Assembly: GCA_965235115.1 (NCBI GenBank)
Contig: OZ249436.1
Location: 27,716,001-27,780,000, forward strand
Origin: Laetmonice hystrix
Lineage: Eukaryota
Direction: 5' to 3'
DNA: 64,000 nucleotides
This document shows, piece after piece, positions 13,952 to 25,855 of this stretch (the first letter of the stretch is position 1; every line of letters begins with the position of its first letter). Both the position numbers and the translations under genes were made by a program. Below the pieces are notes generated by a model, which had not been told where the DNA came from, searched no databases, and was given only the letters and a program-made list of their open reading frames with translations.

Positions 13952-15885
13952 TTAATAGTAATTCAGAAAAACAATAACAATTCATAGTGTGAAAAGTCAT
14001 TTTAATCGTAACCAAAGTTGATGAGGACTGGTATTATAAGTTGCCTTGATTTTTTGAATTCAAAATACGAGAATTTAAGAATACCACTCATGGCCTTGAA
14101 GTAAAAATGCGCGAAAATAAATCCTTGCGAAAATAGCCCAATGCACAGTATACAAGTATTTCAGACAAAGCAGCGCCAATGCTCCAACAACATTTACGAA
14201 TATTTTAATAGATTGGTAGTTTTACAGAACTACTTTGTTCACCTTCATGAAATCCCCCCTGTATTTGACATTGTTTAATGAATATAAATTCCTGGATCGA
14301 TCACTGGGTTCGACTCATGTGTCCTAAATTCGTCTCATGTGCCCTAAATTATACATGAGCCAGATTTGGTGTATCCACCATTGGTCGTGAGGCTCGCCAC
14401 GTTCGGTACAGCCTGGTGTACGTTTAAGAGAATTCTCCCCAGGTTATTGTTATTTGTCTATTATGTGTGAACGTGTTAGAGCATAAAAGTTCATGCATAC
14501 GGCTGGAGGACCATTTTCTGGCAGGTTGGCGCCAAACTAACGAAATCCAATATTTTTTAACCTTGACCTATTAAATTGCCTCACCTCCTACAATTTATTT
14601 CAACAAACATGATCATTCTAATTGACACTATCGTGAGATTGTATTCCTATCAATATTGACCAATATTCGACAAAGGTCGATCGTTTTCTACAATAATGAC
14701 CTGCAGCCTCAAGCGTTGCAATAGTCGCAGAGATTTTACTTTAAAAATCAGCAATATAGGCCTTCATGTACGACTGCAACTTTAATCATGCCATTCGCTC
14801 CGACTCTCAGATGTTTTTCAGTTTCCGGTGCACTGTCTACCCTTGTCGGATCAAGACTCGGAGAGTATGCTTACACGTGCCCCTAGAGGCCCTCGGGCTT
14901 ATCCTACCTGTAGGAGTTTACATGGTGGCAGGCAGTGGTTGGTGTCCCACCATGGGAGGATATTGATGGATGAGCTGGTGGAGGGGCCGGGTAAGCTGTT
15001 GATAGACGACGCGTATAGACGTCAGAGCAGGCATGGACCTCCGAGCGTGTTATGGATGACCTTTGAAGTTTGCCCGAGGACGGTTCATGAATATTACAGC
15101 ACTGAGGAGGACGCTACGGGTATGGATCCCAGCGTCAGGCTGGCAACGATACCGAGTCGAGAATCTGTATACGTTAGATATTATGTATTGGCAGGAACGG
15201 ATCCAGTGATGTTTCGATAAGGGTGGTGTGTGTATTGGGGCGGGGGGTGGGGTGGGGTGGGGGGTCCGGGCCCGAGAGCCGAGAGTTTGCCCCCTTGACT
15301 GCTTTCCAGGAAAGAGTAAAAGTCCCCTGGAACCGCCCCCGTATTGATGTCGACCCTATGTATATACATACATAGGGTCGACATCAATATACATGTATAT
15401 GCAGGGAAGGGTGAGGGTGTGCCTATTATGTATGCGAGTAGACCTATGTGTGGCCCTAAAGCTACTTGTGTGTATAATGATGAAACGAGACGAGATCGTT
15501 AGGCAAAAAAATGCTGTATTACAACATCATAATAAGACACATATACATATAGATCCTGTCAATCGTACCCGCAATAAAGCATTTTTAAAAATAATATGAT
15601 GTGGTGGAGTCGGCGTATAATTATGTACCGACCTAGTCTTTGTGGGCACAGATAACATTACTGTCTATTGACGTGCAAAAGGTGTGGGCGGGAGGGTAAA
15701 CGCCAATGCACGTGTAGAGTCCAGCGCGCTCAGGGTGAGAATGCGAGACGCTGGAGGGGGAACCGGAAACTCGTTGGTTAGCGGAAGTGATGATGCCGGC
15801 GAACTCAGGTCTCGCCCACCATTACGCGCAATGTTACCATTACGAATAATGTATAGATTTAAAGGATTAGGGTAAAGTCCTGCGA

Positions 15886-15997
15886 GGGGTCCGTTCCACT
15901 AACGAAAGACGTCTTTAGCAAAGACGTCTCTGGAAAGACGTCTTTGGGCTCAACGACTATTTCAACGACGTCTTTCGGGCTTAGTGGAACGCACCCC
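15886..15997. mobile_element. Short palindromic MITE
   Basis: TIRs GGGGTCCGTTCCACTAA / TTAGTGGAACGCACCCC; interior of AAAGACGTCT repeats. Confidence 0.65.
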
Positions 15998-18900
15998 AGT
16001 GTTTATGCTGAATGTATATTGGACCACGTTGACTAGAATAACATGACGACACAATTACCTGTGATGTAATTTGCAATGGGTTTCTATGTCCTTGTCAAAG
16101 TCCTTGTCAAAGTTATTGTTTCCGGGGTTAACTCATCCTCCCCCGCTCGGGGTTGAACAAGCAGTTGATTCATCCCCCTCCCGCCTGCCCGTCTATTCTT
16201 AGAAACGCGTTCCTCGCAGCGCCACCTGTTCTGCCGTCTGCGGCCGCGCCATGAGATTACACACTGCCTGAGGCGCGATTCATAAAAATTAGCGTGCATT
16301 TCTAGTTAGCCAATGGGAACGTTCCCACGGTAAAGTTTTTTGTTGTCGAAGCGAAGCGTTGTCGAAGCGAAGCCAACGATAGCAGCAACGGGTAGGCATT
16401 TAATCCCGACACTATAGTGACAGTGAGAGGAACAACTTTGAGTTGACAGGGCTGCAAGAACACACACTATAACTAACTGTATTGTTAGGGAGCGACACAT
16501 TTGTTTATCAGCCACCTGGGCAAGGCTATCAGGCATTTTTGCGAGAAGTAAGCCTTCGGTGTGGACCGCTTGTGCAGGTGGAGCGCCGATGACAGGTCCT
16601 ATTAATATTCATAAGGTTGACCTCAGGGTCAACTGCCGCCCGGTTAGCATGGGCTGCGCTCAAGGGGTAGAATGCAGGATGCGCGATGCCCCTTGACAAC
16701 TCAAGATGGGGTTAACTTAGCGGCGGGGAACTAGAAACCGCTCCTCCCATCACATGGTTGTAAGCAATGGGAGAGTGGTTAATAAATGCCTACGGACCCA
16801 GGCAAACTTTTCTCACAATCACGCTGTCCATGTCCTATACTCCTCACATAATTCTGACAATAAGTGGTGCGCCTTAGGCCGCACTGAAGTCAGCCCCCCC
16901 CCCCTTGGCAACCAATTCCCCCTCTAGAACTTTCTGAATTGAACATGCTGGCCCCCCTCCCTTAGCAAATTCTACCCCTAAACTGCCCCTTACCAATGCA
17001 TGCAATGCCTTCATCAAATAGGCATCAGCAGGTAAACTTTGATACTTTATATTTTACACTGCCACTGAATAAGACATCATAATAATGCTTGGAATCCCTT
17101 CGAATCCAAAATAAGCTAAATATTCCCCCCGTGTCAAGCATCCAGAAGCCTCTGTGACTTTCCTTTTCCTGATTTTTGGTCTCCTGGCAGTGGCATATAT
17201 CATTATTAAAATATAACTGGCAAATAGGGTGGGACTACACTATTGCCCCCAACATTAAAGTTGGGCGGAGGGGGGGGGGGGCAATAGCCCCCTTGCACCC
17301 CCCTCCGGTTTCCAAGCCTATGGTAGAGAAACCGGACCTTTACTCAGGCAAGAACATACAGTCAACACCACGTTTTTCAGAAATAAAGACAGAACGGTCA
17401 CGACCATCTTGTCTGGGTATGACTTATGACCTATCACGGTCGGAATTAGTGCAAGCGACATCCGCTCGCAAATACCGCCAATCCGACCTAGTATTGCCAG
17501 CTCTCGTAGAAGCCATTCGGCTGGGGCTATCTCCTTTCATTAGTCGTAAGCTTACCTTTACTGACGTCCAACCTCTCGGACGAGATAGCTGATGCCCCGG
17601 CAGAACTGCCATACCTGACCCCACCACTCACTACCAGCCGCTGATCAACCACACTCAACGACCTGGTTAAGTAGTTGGAATCTCCGCGACCAGCGCAATG
17701 TCCAGACGACATCTTCCTTCAATTCTCCAGCGGGAATGCCAATTATTGCTGTTTACCACGACGACCTTTCATGAACGTGACCTTTTCTCCCGTCTCCGTA
17801 TTTATCGGAATGCTCCCCTTGAAGCACATGAATGAATATTTTCTTTTCACAAAGCTGATAACTTTCATCAGCGAACCTACTCCAGCGGGTACTTTCCCCA
17901 GGGAGGACAATCCTCTAACGATTTAAAATGATTGGCCTTATTCACCATGTTGTATAATCTGATAGCTTTCTTGTGTTTTAAGGGAGATAAGGCGGCAAGT
18001 CCTCATGAAATGAGATTATGGAGGAAGGATGATCAACATTTTAAAGTCTCCACATGGATTTGTTAAAGTTTATTACGAGTATTAGAATGCATATCGATAT
18101 AGGTTATATGCACAACCGTTATCTATTCAAATCTGGCTGTGTTTTTCTCAATTCTTCACATTCTTATTTGAGATATTTTAAGGGTTCTTCCAGATTTGAT
18201 TACTTCCTTTCCTACATCTTTAATTAATCACCGAAGCCACTTCCGAAATCCACTTCAAGCACTTATTCCCCAGCAATCAACCGTTCTTGGTCGTCCGCGT
18301 TTGATTTTGTTCATTTCCCTCATTACCCACGCCTAACCTCGCCGCACGCCTTAAATCTATACATATCCATATTAAAGTGTAGATAAAGATTGAACAAGTT
18401 CCAAAATTGACATTCTGAAGATATACCTGTGTGATACTTGGAGTCTAGTCAATGACACCACTAGTTACCTCATTTTGTGTCGATTTTAACAGCAGACAAA
18501 ATCACCTCCTATTGAAAAACTACAGTCTTTTCCCCTAATTTTGACATATCTGCACTGGAAAGATTGAGTGAGTAGTTGGTGTTTCGCGCTGGAAAGATGA
18601 TCGGAGCGTGAGAACCAACACATAGCTCGATCTGATGTCGATCTGATTTTCGTGTACACGTTAGCTAATACTACGAATTCGATCCTATAAACATAGGATC
18701 GTATCTGCATCATGTTATAATTGTCAGGTTGTCATTTCATAATACTAGTATGGGCATGATTATTCTGTTACGCATACCTCCGCTTTAAATCAAACTTCTC
18801 GGTTACATTAGCAGGTAGGGGATTGGGCTTACTTAACGGCAAGTGGATGTTACTACTAATGAAGAGTAGTCATCCGGGCGGAATAGGAACCGACACTTTA

Positions 18901-19091
18901 TCCCTGAGTAAACTACGGCGTGTCTCTCGTTGTGGGTTGTCTTCTAATGCCGCTATCTATCATGTAAAACTACCGCTAACATGTAACAATAGCCATAATT
19001 ACTAATTAATTGTACCAGTAATTTAGATCCATCGTGTGCTCCAGGGGGAAGTAGCGCTGATGTAATCCCACCGTTGACGTCGAATGTGAAA

Positions 19092-19394
19092 GCGTCAAAA
19101 AATGATAAGAGTCTCAGTCTGGCGGTAGCAGAGAACAGTTCGACGGCAGTATGCGTCAAAAAATGATAAGAGTCTCAGTCTGGCAGTAGCAGAGAACAGT
19201 TCGACGGCAGTATGCGTCAAAAAATGATAAGAGTCTCAGTCTGGCAGTAGCAGAGAACAGTTCGACGGCAGTATGCGTCAAAAAATGATAAGAGTCTCAG
19301 TCTGGCAGTAGCAGAGAACAGTTCGACGGCAGTATGCGTCAAAAAATGATAAGAGTCTCAGTCTGGCAGTAGCAGAGAACAGTTCGACGGCAGT
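19092..19394. repeat. 61-bp minisatellite, ~5 copies
   Basis: Unit gcgtcaaaaaatgataagagtctcagtctggcagtagcagagaacagttcgacggcagtat at 19092, 19153, 19214, 19275, 19336; near-identical, no spacers. Confidence 0.95.
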
Positions 19395-20288
19395 GAGATC
19401 AGACGGCACAACATGCAGTTAATGGATCCAAACTGACAGCTAAAATATTCCAACATCATTCGTCATCCTTCTGTGCATTGTCTTGAGAAGACGTCGATCT
19501 TCTCTCCCTGTGGGGTTTCTCGGCCGACCACTTCAGTAAAACTTTCTCTTCATTGTCGCCTCGCCCATACCCGGTAAACTGTTTGGTGGCAGCAGTGAAA
19601 CCGTCTGGTAATACTTTGGACCGAAACATCTTCCTCTCTGAGGCAGACGATTTGATAGGGCACGGTTGAATGTGCGCCTCTACCAGTCCTGCATGAGCAC
19701 CCGCGACGCGGCTGTCCAACTCCAGGGTATATAAAAAAAATCACACAGACATGATCATGATGTTAATAAAAGCGTGAAACCTTGGTCTACCAATATGTCT
19801 GGACGGAGTCGCTGAAAATAAGGTTGTTTCTGGTTCATTTCTTTTTGGTCGTCGAGAGGTCTTCATCAAAATTGTCCCCTGTGTACTGAGGTCTATGTTC
19901 TTAAAACTTTCCAAGATTTCTTGGCGACCATGAATTCACTAAATATGAAGCTTAAACGTCTCTCAAAGTGCCTACGAGGGGGGGGGGGTGGTTTATACCC
20001 TTATAGTGGATTCGCAGCACGCCTCCAGGGTGTCTGTGTTCTTTGCCCAATACAACGAAGAGTAGGCTATATCCGATGGCCAGCCCTAGGGCGTAACCGG
20101 GGGGGGGGGGGGGGGGGGCGCCCCCTCACACGGTTGGGTTTCCACTTCGCGCTACGAATTTAATTCGCCACCTTTTCAACTCTGCCCCCCCCAAGCATGG
20201 TATTCGGTATCCCGACATAGCTCATTGGCTTCTATGAGAAACATCTATAGATGCTACAGGTATAGGCCTACTGGGATGCATCAGCGGT

Positions 20289-22009
20289 GGGCCCGTTTCA
20301 TATCTAAGTTTGTGCGCTCGTTAAGGTGTCAAACATGTTAATGAACGAAGAACGCGTTAAACCCGTTGCATAACTCGTAAACCGGGCGTTAACATACGGA
20401 ATTTTGCGTAATTGACGCGTTAAATGGAACTTTTTAGCGCGGATAAAAAATCTTCGCTAACTGATCTATCGCTAATTAACGATAGTATCGTTAATTAACA
20501 CATTATTGACATTGAGCATATCAACAAATATGGCGGCTAGGACAGTGCCATACCCGCATAATGCCATCCCAAAATATTTCCGTTAGGTTTGTCTGACTCT
20601 CCGCTATTATGCTATTGTATTCACTGATTGGTGATTCCCAGAATAACGTCCAAATCAACAGTTTGCAGGGCTGTACTGTCAGTCACGGAATTCCTTGCCG
20701 AAAACCATGAAACGTATGTATCCAGTTACCACGTGAAGACCAATACGCCGACTTGGCCTATGAATTTTACATGATGCATCGAATGCTAGGAACAACAGAA
20801 TGCATTGACTGGTGCCATGCTCCAATCAAATCGCCAACCACTGAATGATGAATACTTGTATATTAACAGGAAAGGGTATCATTCTTTGAACGCGATTGTA
20901 TGTATCCCGATTTTAAGTATGACATTAATTTTAATGAATGTGTACGTCTATGTAACGAATGTACATAATTATAAACAATAGTGAAACTATTGTAATTTGG
21001 GTCCCATATGCTTAAATACATAGATCTATCTGTACCTGTATCTTTTAAGCGGTATTCTATCCTTAATTTGTACATTTTTTAAATGTAAGGGAATATTGAA
21101 ATAAATTTTCTTAGATCATGTGCTATTATTTTTATTCCCTTTACAGTGTGATCATAAGTTCCGCCATGTCGCCTCTTTTTTAGCGTTGGTTCCATCTGGA
21201 CCCATATGATTGGAACGCAGGAGTCTCACTTTTAAGGCATTTTCCACCAAAGTGTGCACTGCATAAGGTTTCCACCGTTGACGTCGATTCTTTTTTCCTC
21301 TTCTTTGGACTTCACTCTCTTGTTGGCCCTCTTCTTCGTCGTCCTCCAGGACCTCTTTCATAAATTCATTATCCTGTGCATCTGGGCCTGTGTAAAAGTC
21401 CTCATCGCACGGGTCACCCCTGTCGTCTTCATGGCGACGGCTGCGCTAAATATATATGATAAATACATGTATATAGTTAACATACAGCTTCTTATAGGGG
21501 CACAACGAATATGACAGGTATACTGCGTTAGGTTGGGATGTCTGGGTGATAATAGGGGTATATGTGATATATTTCTGGAGTCGCATTATCTATTTATTCC
21601 AATTATGAAATGTACATGTAGATTAACTGTCATTACTTACTTTCACCGCTTGAGACATTTCCTTCCTTCCGTATCACACGAGGGCCTACTGGTATACTAT
21701 TGATGGATGTGCTACCCGTAATTAACGAAAGGTGGTGGCAGTGTAGATCAGATTCATGAACGCTCGCTGTTGGAGTCTCTCTCTATTAGCGTTAATTAGC
21801 TAGCGCTTGATTCCAGACCGGCGTAAAGTACCGGTAACGCAGGTTTGGCGTCCTCGTAAATTAACTATAACCCGTCGGTCATCTTTTAGCGCGCGGTCAT
21901 TTTATGAGTTATGAAACGGCGTAACGCAAAATGCGTTAAGCTTCGCGCTAGTATATTAAGTAGCGCGCATTAATTAACGCATTTTCTTAACGAGTTATGA
22001 AACGAGCCC
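20289..22009. mobile_element. Defective PIF/Harbinger transposon with transposase remnant (+) and Myb/SANT-like ORF remnant (-)
   Basis: TIRs GGGCCCGTTTCATA / TATGAAACGAGCCC. Broken + frames at ~20590-20900 read LTLRYYA..IGDS..SKSTVCRAVLSVTEFL..ECIDWCHAPIKSP..YINRKGYHSLN (HARBI1-type DDE motifs). Minus ORF 21152-21361 RWK..LVENALKVRLL..GTNAKKEATWRNL resembles the Myb-like second protein. Confidence 0.8.
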
Positions 22010-23109
22010 CAGTGGTGTTTTTTTCTTATTGGTTAAAATTGTGTCAAAATACATAACTGATTTGGCTCTCAAAATTCTGACGTAACATTTCGGCCTATAT
22101 GGCACTGCTACTGAGGTCGTGTTCTCATTGCAGGGTTCTTGTGGGTAATCAAAATCTTTAATGTAAGTAGGTAAGTAAGTAAGTAAGTAATCTTTTTATT
22201 TCAGTGACATATGTCATACAGGATTGGTCATGGTTGTCATTTGCAAGGTTTGACATCAAACCCATATTGGGTTTCAAGGGCACTACATGTATATCGGTTT
22301 GTATTAGAATATTCACATGGATGTTCTGCAGGGTGTCCAAATTAAACTATATTATATATAAGGTTGCGTCTCCTGAGATAACGGTATATTTTGCTGTGTA
22401 CTTTAAAACCGATTTTTGTTCCATCAACATCAGAAGTTTTGACTCTTTGGGTACTGTCTCAAAAATGCCCCGTCTCTGAGACGTTTTGACTGGCCGCATG
22501 GCGGCTATCATATATATGGCCTTGACAACCAGCTAACGTTCTTCTTTAGCGCCATAAAATAGCGACCCTTCAAGTGCATCAGTTCCCATCGATGTACCAG
22601 CAAGTCATGCAAGCAGCAATCGCGCAGTCTGTCGTGGTGAGCACTCAGAGCTGACAAAAGCGACGCCTGGCGATATCTCTAAGAGTCATAATGGCATCTA
22701 AGAGCATCTCTTCCTACTCTAATTTGATTTCATATGCAAAGGAGAGCACCGAATTGAAAGTGTGACGCTGTTTATTATCTAGTAATGCTTCCTGGAAACT
22801 GGTAAGTGGGTAAGAGACAATGGTAATGAAGATGATAGCCTGCTCTCCTAGTATTTCGTAAAGGGTGTCAGGTAGATTGAATAGGGAAACGAATTTATCT
22901 GACACATTTTCTCCGACAACCTAAATTTATGTCTCTTCTTCACCTGCGAGCAAACCAGATATTCTAACTCCGTAAAGTCTGAGTGGGGAGTTCTCCATTT
23001 TCGGCAAGGCGACAACGCGCGAGTTTGTTGTTGTGTATACATTCGGGCCACCCTACAACATGGCGCCCTCCGTTGTACAGCCGGGACATGACAAAGTCAG
23101 TCGACGGTG

Positions 23110-25117
23110 TATGGAATACCGGTGACGAAATTCGACTTTCACTTCAACTTACACATACACTTGCACTTCAACTTTCACTTTCACTTCAACTTAGACACTT
23201 CAACTTTCACTTACACTTCGGTTTCATCTTTCACTTGCACTTTCACTTAGCCCTTCATCATGTGACTTCGGGCCGTATTTTAGAACTATCCTTAAGGTAA
23301 AGGATTTCCTTTAGTCTATTGCAATTCAATAGACAAAAGGAAATCCTTTGCCTTAAGGATGGTTCTAAAATACGGCCCTTCGACTTCGGCATTTACGGAA
23401 ATGGCCGAGGGCTTCCGATGTATTTCTTGCACACATGCGTACAATATTAAAAGCACAGTTTTTGCGCGAAGATGGCGGCAAGGAACGTGACATGTTCATT
23501 TTACATGTTCAACATGTTCATTTTATAAGGATGTTGAACACCCGTATTGAATAAAACAAGGGTGTAAGTTGACTCCTTGGTCTTCAGTTTTCTCCAATAT
23601 TTAAAGAAGTGATTCACAAACATTAAAATGACATGTTACAGGAGAGAAAAAATATTACTGTAATCCTTCGTGTATAAGATGCACTCGTGTAGAACTTCTC
23701 GAAGAAGCACCCGAATTTTGGGGCCAAAACCCAAAGAAGAAATTACTACAGAGACCCTCGGTGTCAGCCTCACTGGCTCAGATTTAACACAGTTGGTAAT
23801 CACTGCCCCCATCACGTCTCAACAGATGTGTGAAGATACCTTGGTCACTTGAAAGGTGTGACAGTAACTGAATATATTCTGACCATCAGGATATATTTAG
23901 TTCTTATCACCTTTTGAGGGCGTGACATTACCTGACTAATTTGACATCTTTCTGGACAGTTAACAAGCAGAGCCAGTTCCTTCTGACAATGGACTTTTAC
24001 TTAGTCTCGTGTAGAAGACGCACTGGATTTTCAGGGAGGAATTTGGGAGTGAAGAAAAGTGCGTCTTAGACTGTACATGCAAACGTATTCTGGGCAAATT
24101 AACACAAGTTCCACATTAGCGCTTTACACAGAGCCTCCCGTAGAGAAAACCAGAAGGACATTGCCATGAAAAGGCTTTATAAAAAGCGCATTTTAATATC
24201 ATTATTTACCTTATTGAAATATGATAAAAAAAGAGTTCACTTTACAATTAAAATCTTTATTATTTCCTCGATTTAGTTATTGGGTGGCCTAAAACTAACG
24301 CCGTCCACAACTGCAATCCCCCCCCCCAATACTTTTTACTTTCCGATTAATGTTTTTAGCAAAATGTCAAAAGAAGGCCTACAGTTGGGGGGGGGGCAAG
24401 CCCCCTGATTAATCCCTCACTGATTAATACATTAATCTTGAGCAAAAGGTCGGCACCGAAAGCTCTTTAGTTTGATGCTGAGAAGCCGGCAAATAGCACC
24501 GATGGCCTTTTATATTCCCAAAGTCGGAGGCCCCCCCCCCTTTCGGCGCGTCGCACCTTCTGACACCCCCCCCCCCCCCCCCCCCGCAAAGAAAATCCTG
24601 GGTCCGCCTCTTGGGGGAGGGGGTGAATACACTGTTATTTTGCAATTCTTATATACATAAATCTCGGGGGAAAAGGTCAAACACACCAAGATTGTCCCCC
24701 CCCCACTTTGAAATAGGCAGCGGCGCCCCTGTGTCCCCCAGAAAATTTTGGAATTTAAGGTGTAGTTTGGTGATATCTGGTCAATTCGGAGCACACAATA
24801 ACTGAAGTTAGGAAGATCTTGGACTGTTGGGCAGGTGGGGGGTGCAGGGTACTCCAGGAAGTGCTTGCGACCTTTTGAAATTAGGGGGAGCTTGGGCTGT
24901 GGGGGGGGGGGGGGGGGTGCGTACGCACCCTGCGCACCCCCCCTGCCCTGGATACGGGCCTGCTACCAGACACAAAGTAAAGAAGTCGAAGACAGTTGAA
25001 CTCGAATTCGAGGTTGAACTCGAAGTTAAAGTGCAAGTCGAAGTTGAAGTCGAAGTTAAAGTACAAGTCGAAGTTGAAGTCGAAGTGCAAGTGGAATTTC
25101 GTCACCGGTATTCCATA
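23110..25117. mobile_element. IS3EU-like non-autonomous DNA transposon with nested insertions
   Basis: TIRs TATGGAATACCGGTGACGAAATT / AATTTCGTCACCGGTATTCCATA (TAYGG...CCRTA); exact 6-bp TSD ACGGTG (23104-09, 25118-23); (C/A)ACTTC hexamer arrays at both ends. Confidence 0.75.
23270..23378. mobile_element. 109-bp near-perfect hairpin MITE nested in the IS3EU-like element
   Basis: GGGCCGTATTTTAGAACTATCCTTAAGG...CCTTAAGGATGGTTCTAAAATACGGCCC, flanked by TTC on both sides. Confidence 0.8.
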
Positions 25118-25855
25118 ACGGTGAGCCGAGTGTCTACCACTTGTCAATTGACGTTAGCCTATAGGTGGCACTACTAGCCTATATGCACTGACCTAGCACT
25201 GTGGCCCTCTGTGGGCGATGCAAGCAACTACAGATAACTGAAGCAACGAAAGAGCTTGCTACAGACGATATTAGATTAAATACAGCGCAGTGGCGCAATT
25301 CTGGATCTCCTACGTTTATGAGAGGGGGGGGGGACTTAGTGACGTTGTTAACTCGTTTTCGTCTTAATGACGTCACTAAGTCGCTATTACGAGATAATTA
25401 CTTTCGTTTCGTGAGCAAAATAGTGGAGATCTCGTAATAACTTAGTTACGTCATTAACTGGTTATTATTACTCGTTAGTGACGTCACTAAGTCGTTATTA
25501 CGAATTAATAACGTCGCTAAGTCGTTATTACGACATCTCCAAAAATTCTTTATCATGATAGGAACATTTTGTTTTTCTTCATGTCCCCAACCGGGCTCCG
25601 TAGATTTGCCCATTTAGTTTGCCTTGTCAGACCCAATAACTTTCTACAGTCTGGTTCTCTCCGGAGACATATTCATGGAAAGCCGTTCCCAGGTGCCGCG
25701 AATACTTTTAGTAGATAATATATAATAAATAATATTTATTCTTAGCCTACTGTTTATTCCTCACTGTCAGTGCCTCCAAGTGCTGCAGAGGTAAGCAGAA
25801 CCACTGTCATTCGTTGTCAATGAACGTCAACCATCATTGCAGGATCTCTGACACA

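Noticed and set aside
17330..18480. Ancient LINE ORF2 remnant on the minus strand
   Set aside because: Only vague resemblance (NYLTRS..GVRYGS); many stops; cannot be supported without an HMM search.
19092..19394. CRISPR-like array
   Set aside because: Contiguous identical units with no unique spacers and no cas genes; eukaryotic minisatellite. The same applies to 25911-26524 and 43960-44076.
24827..25177. ORFs with VEVEVK / FHFHL repeats (also 22983-23300)
   Set aside because: Translations of hexamer subterminal repeats of the IS3EU-like element.
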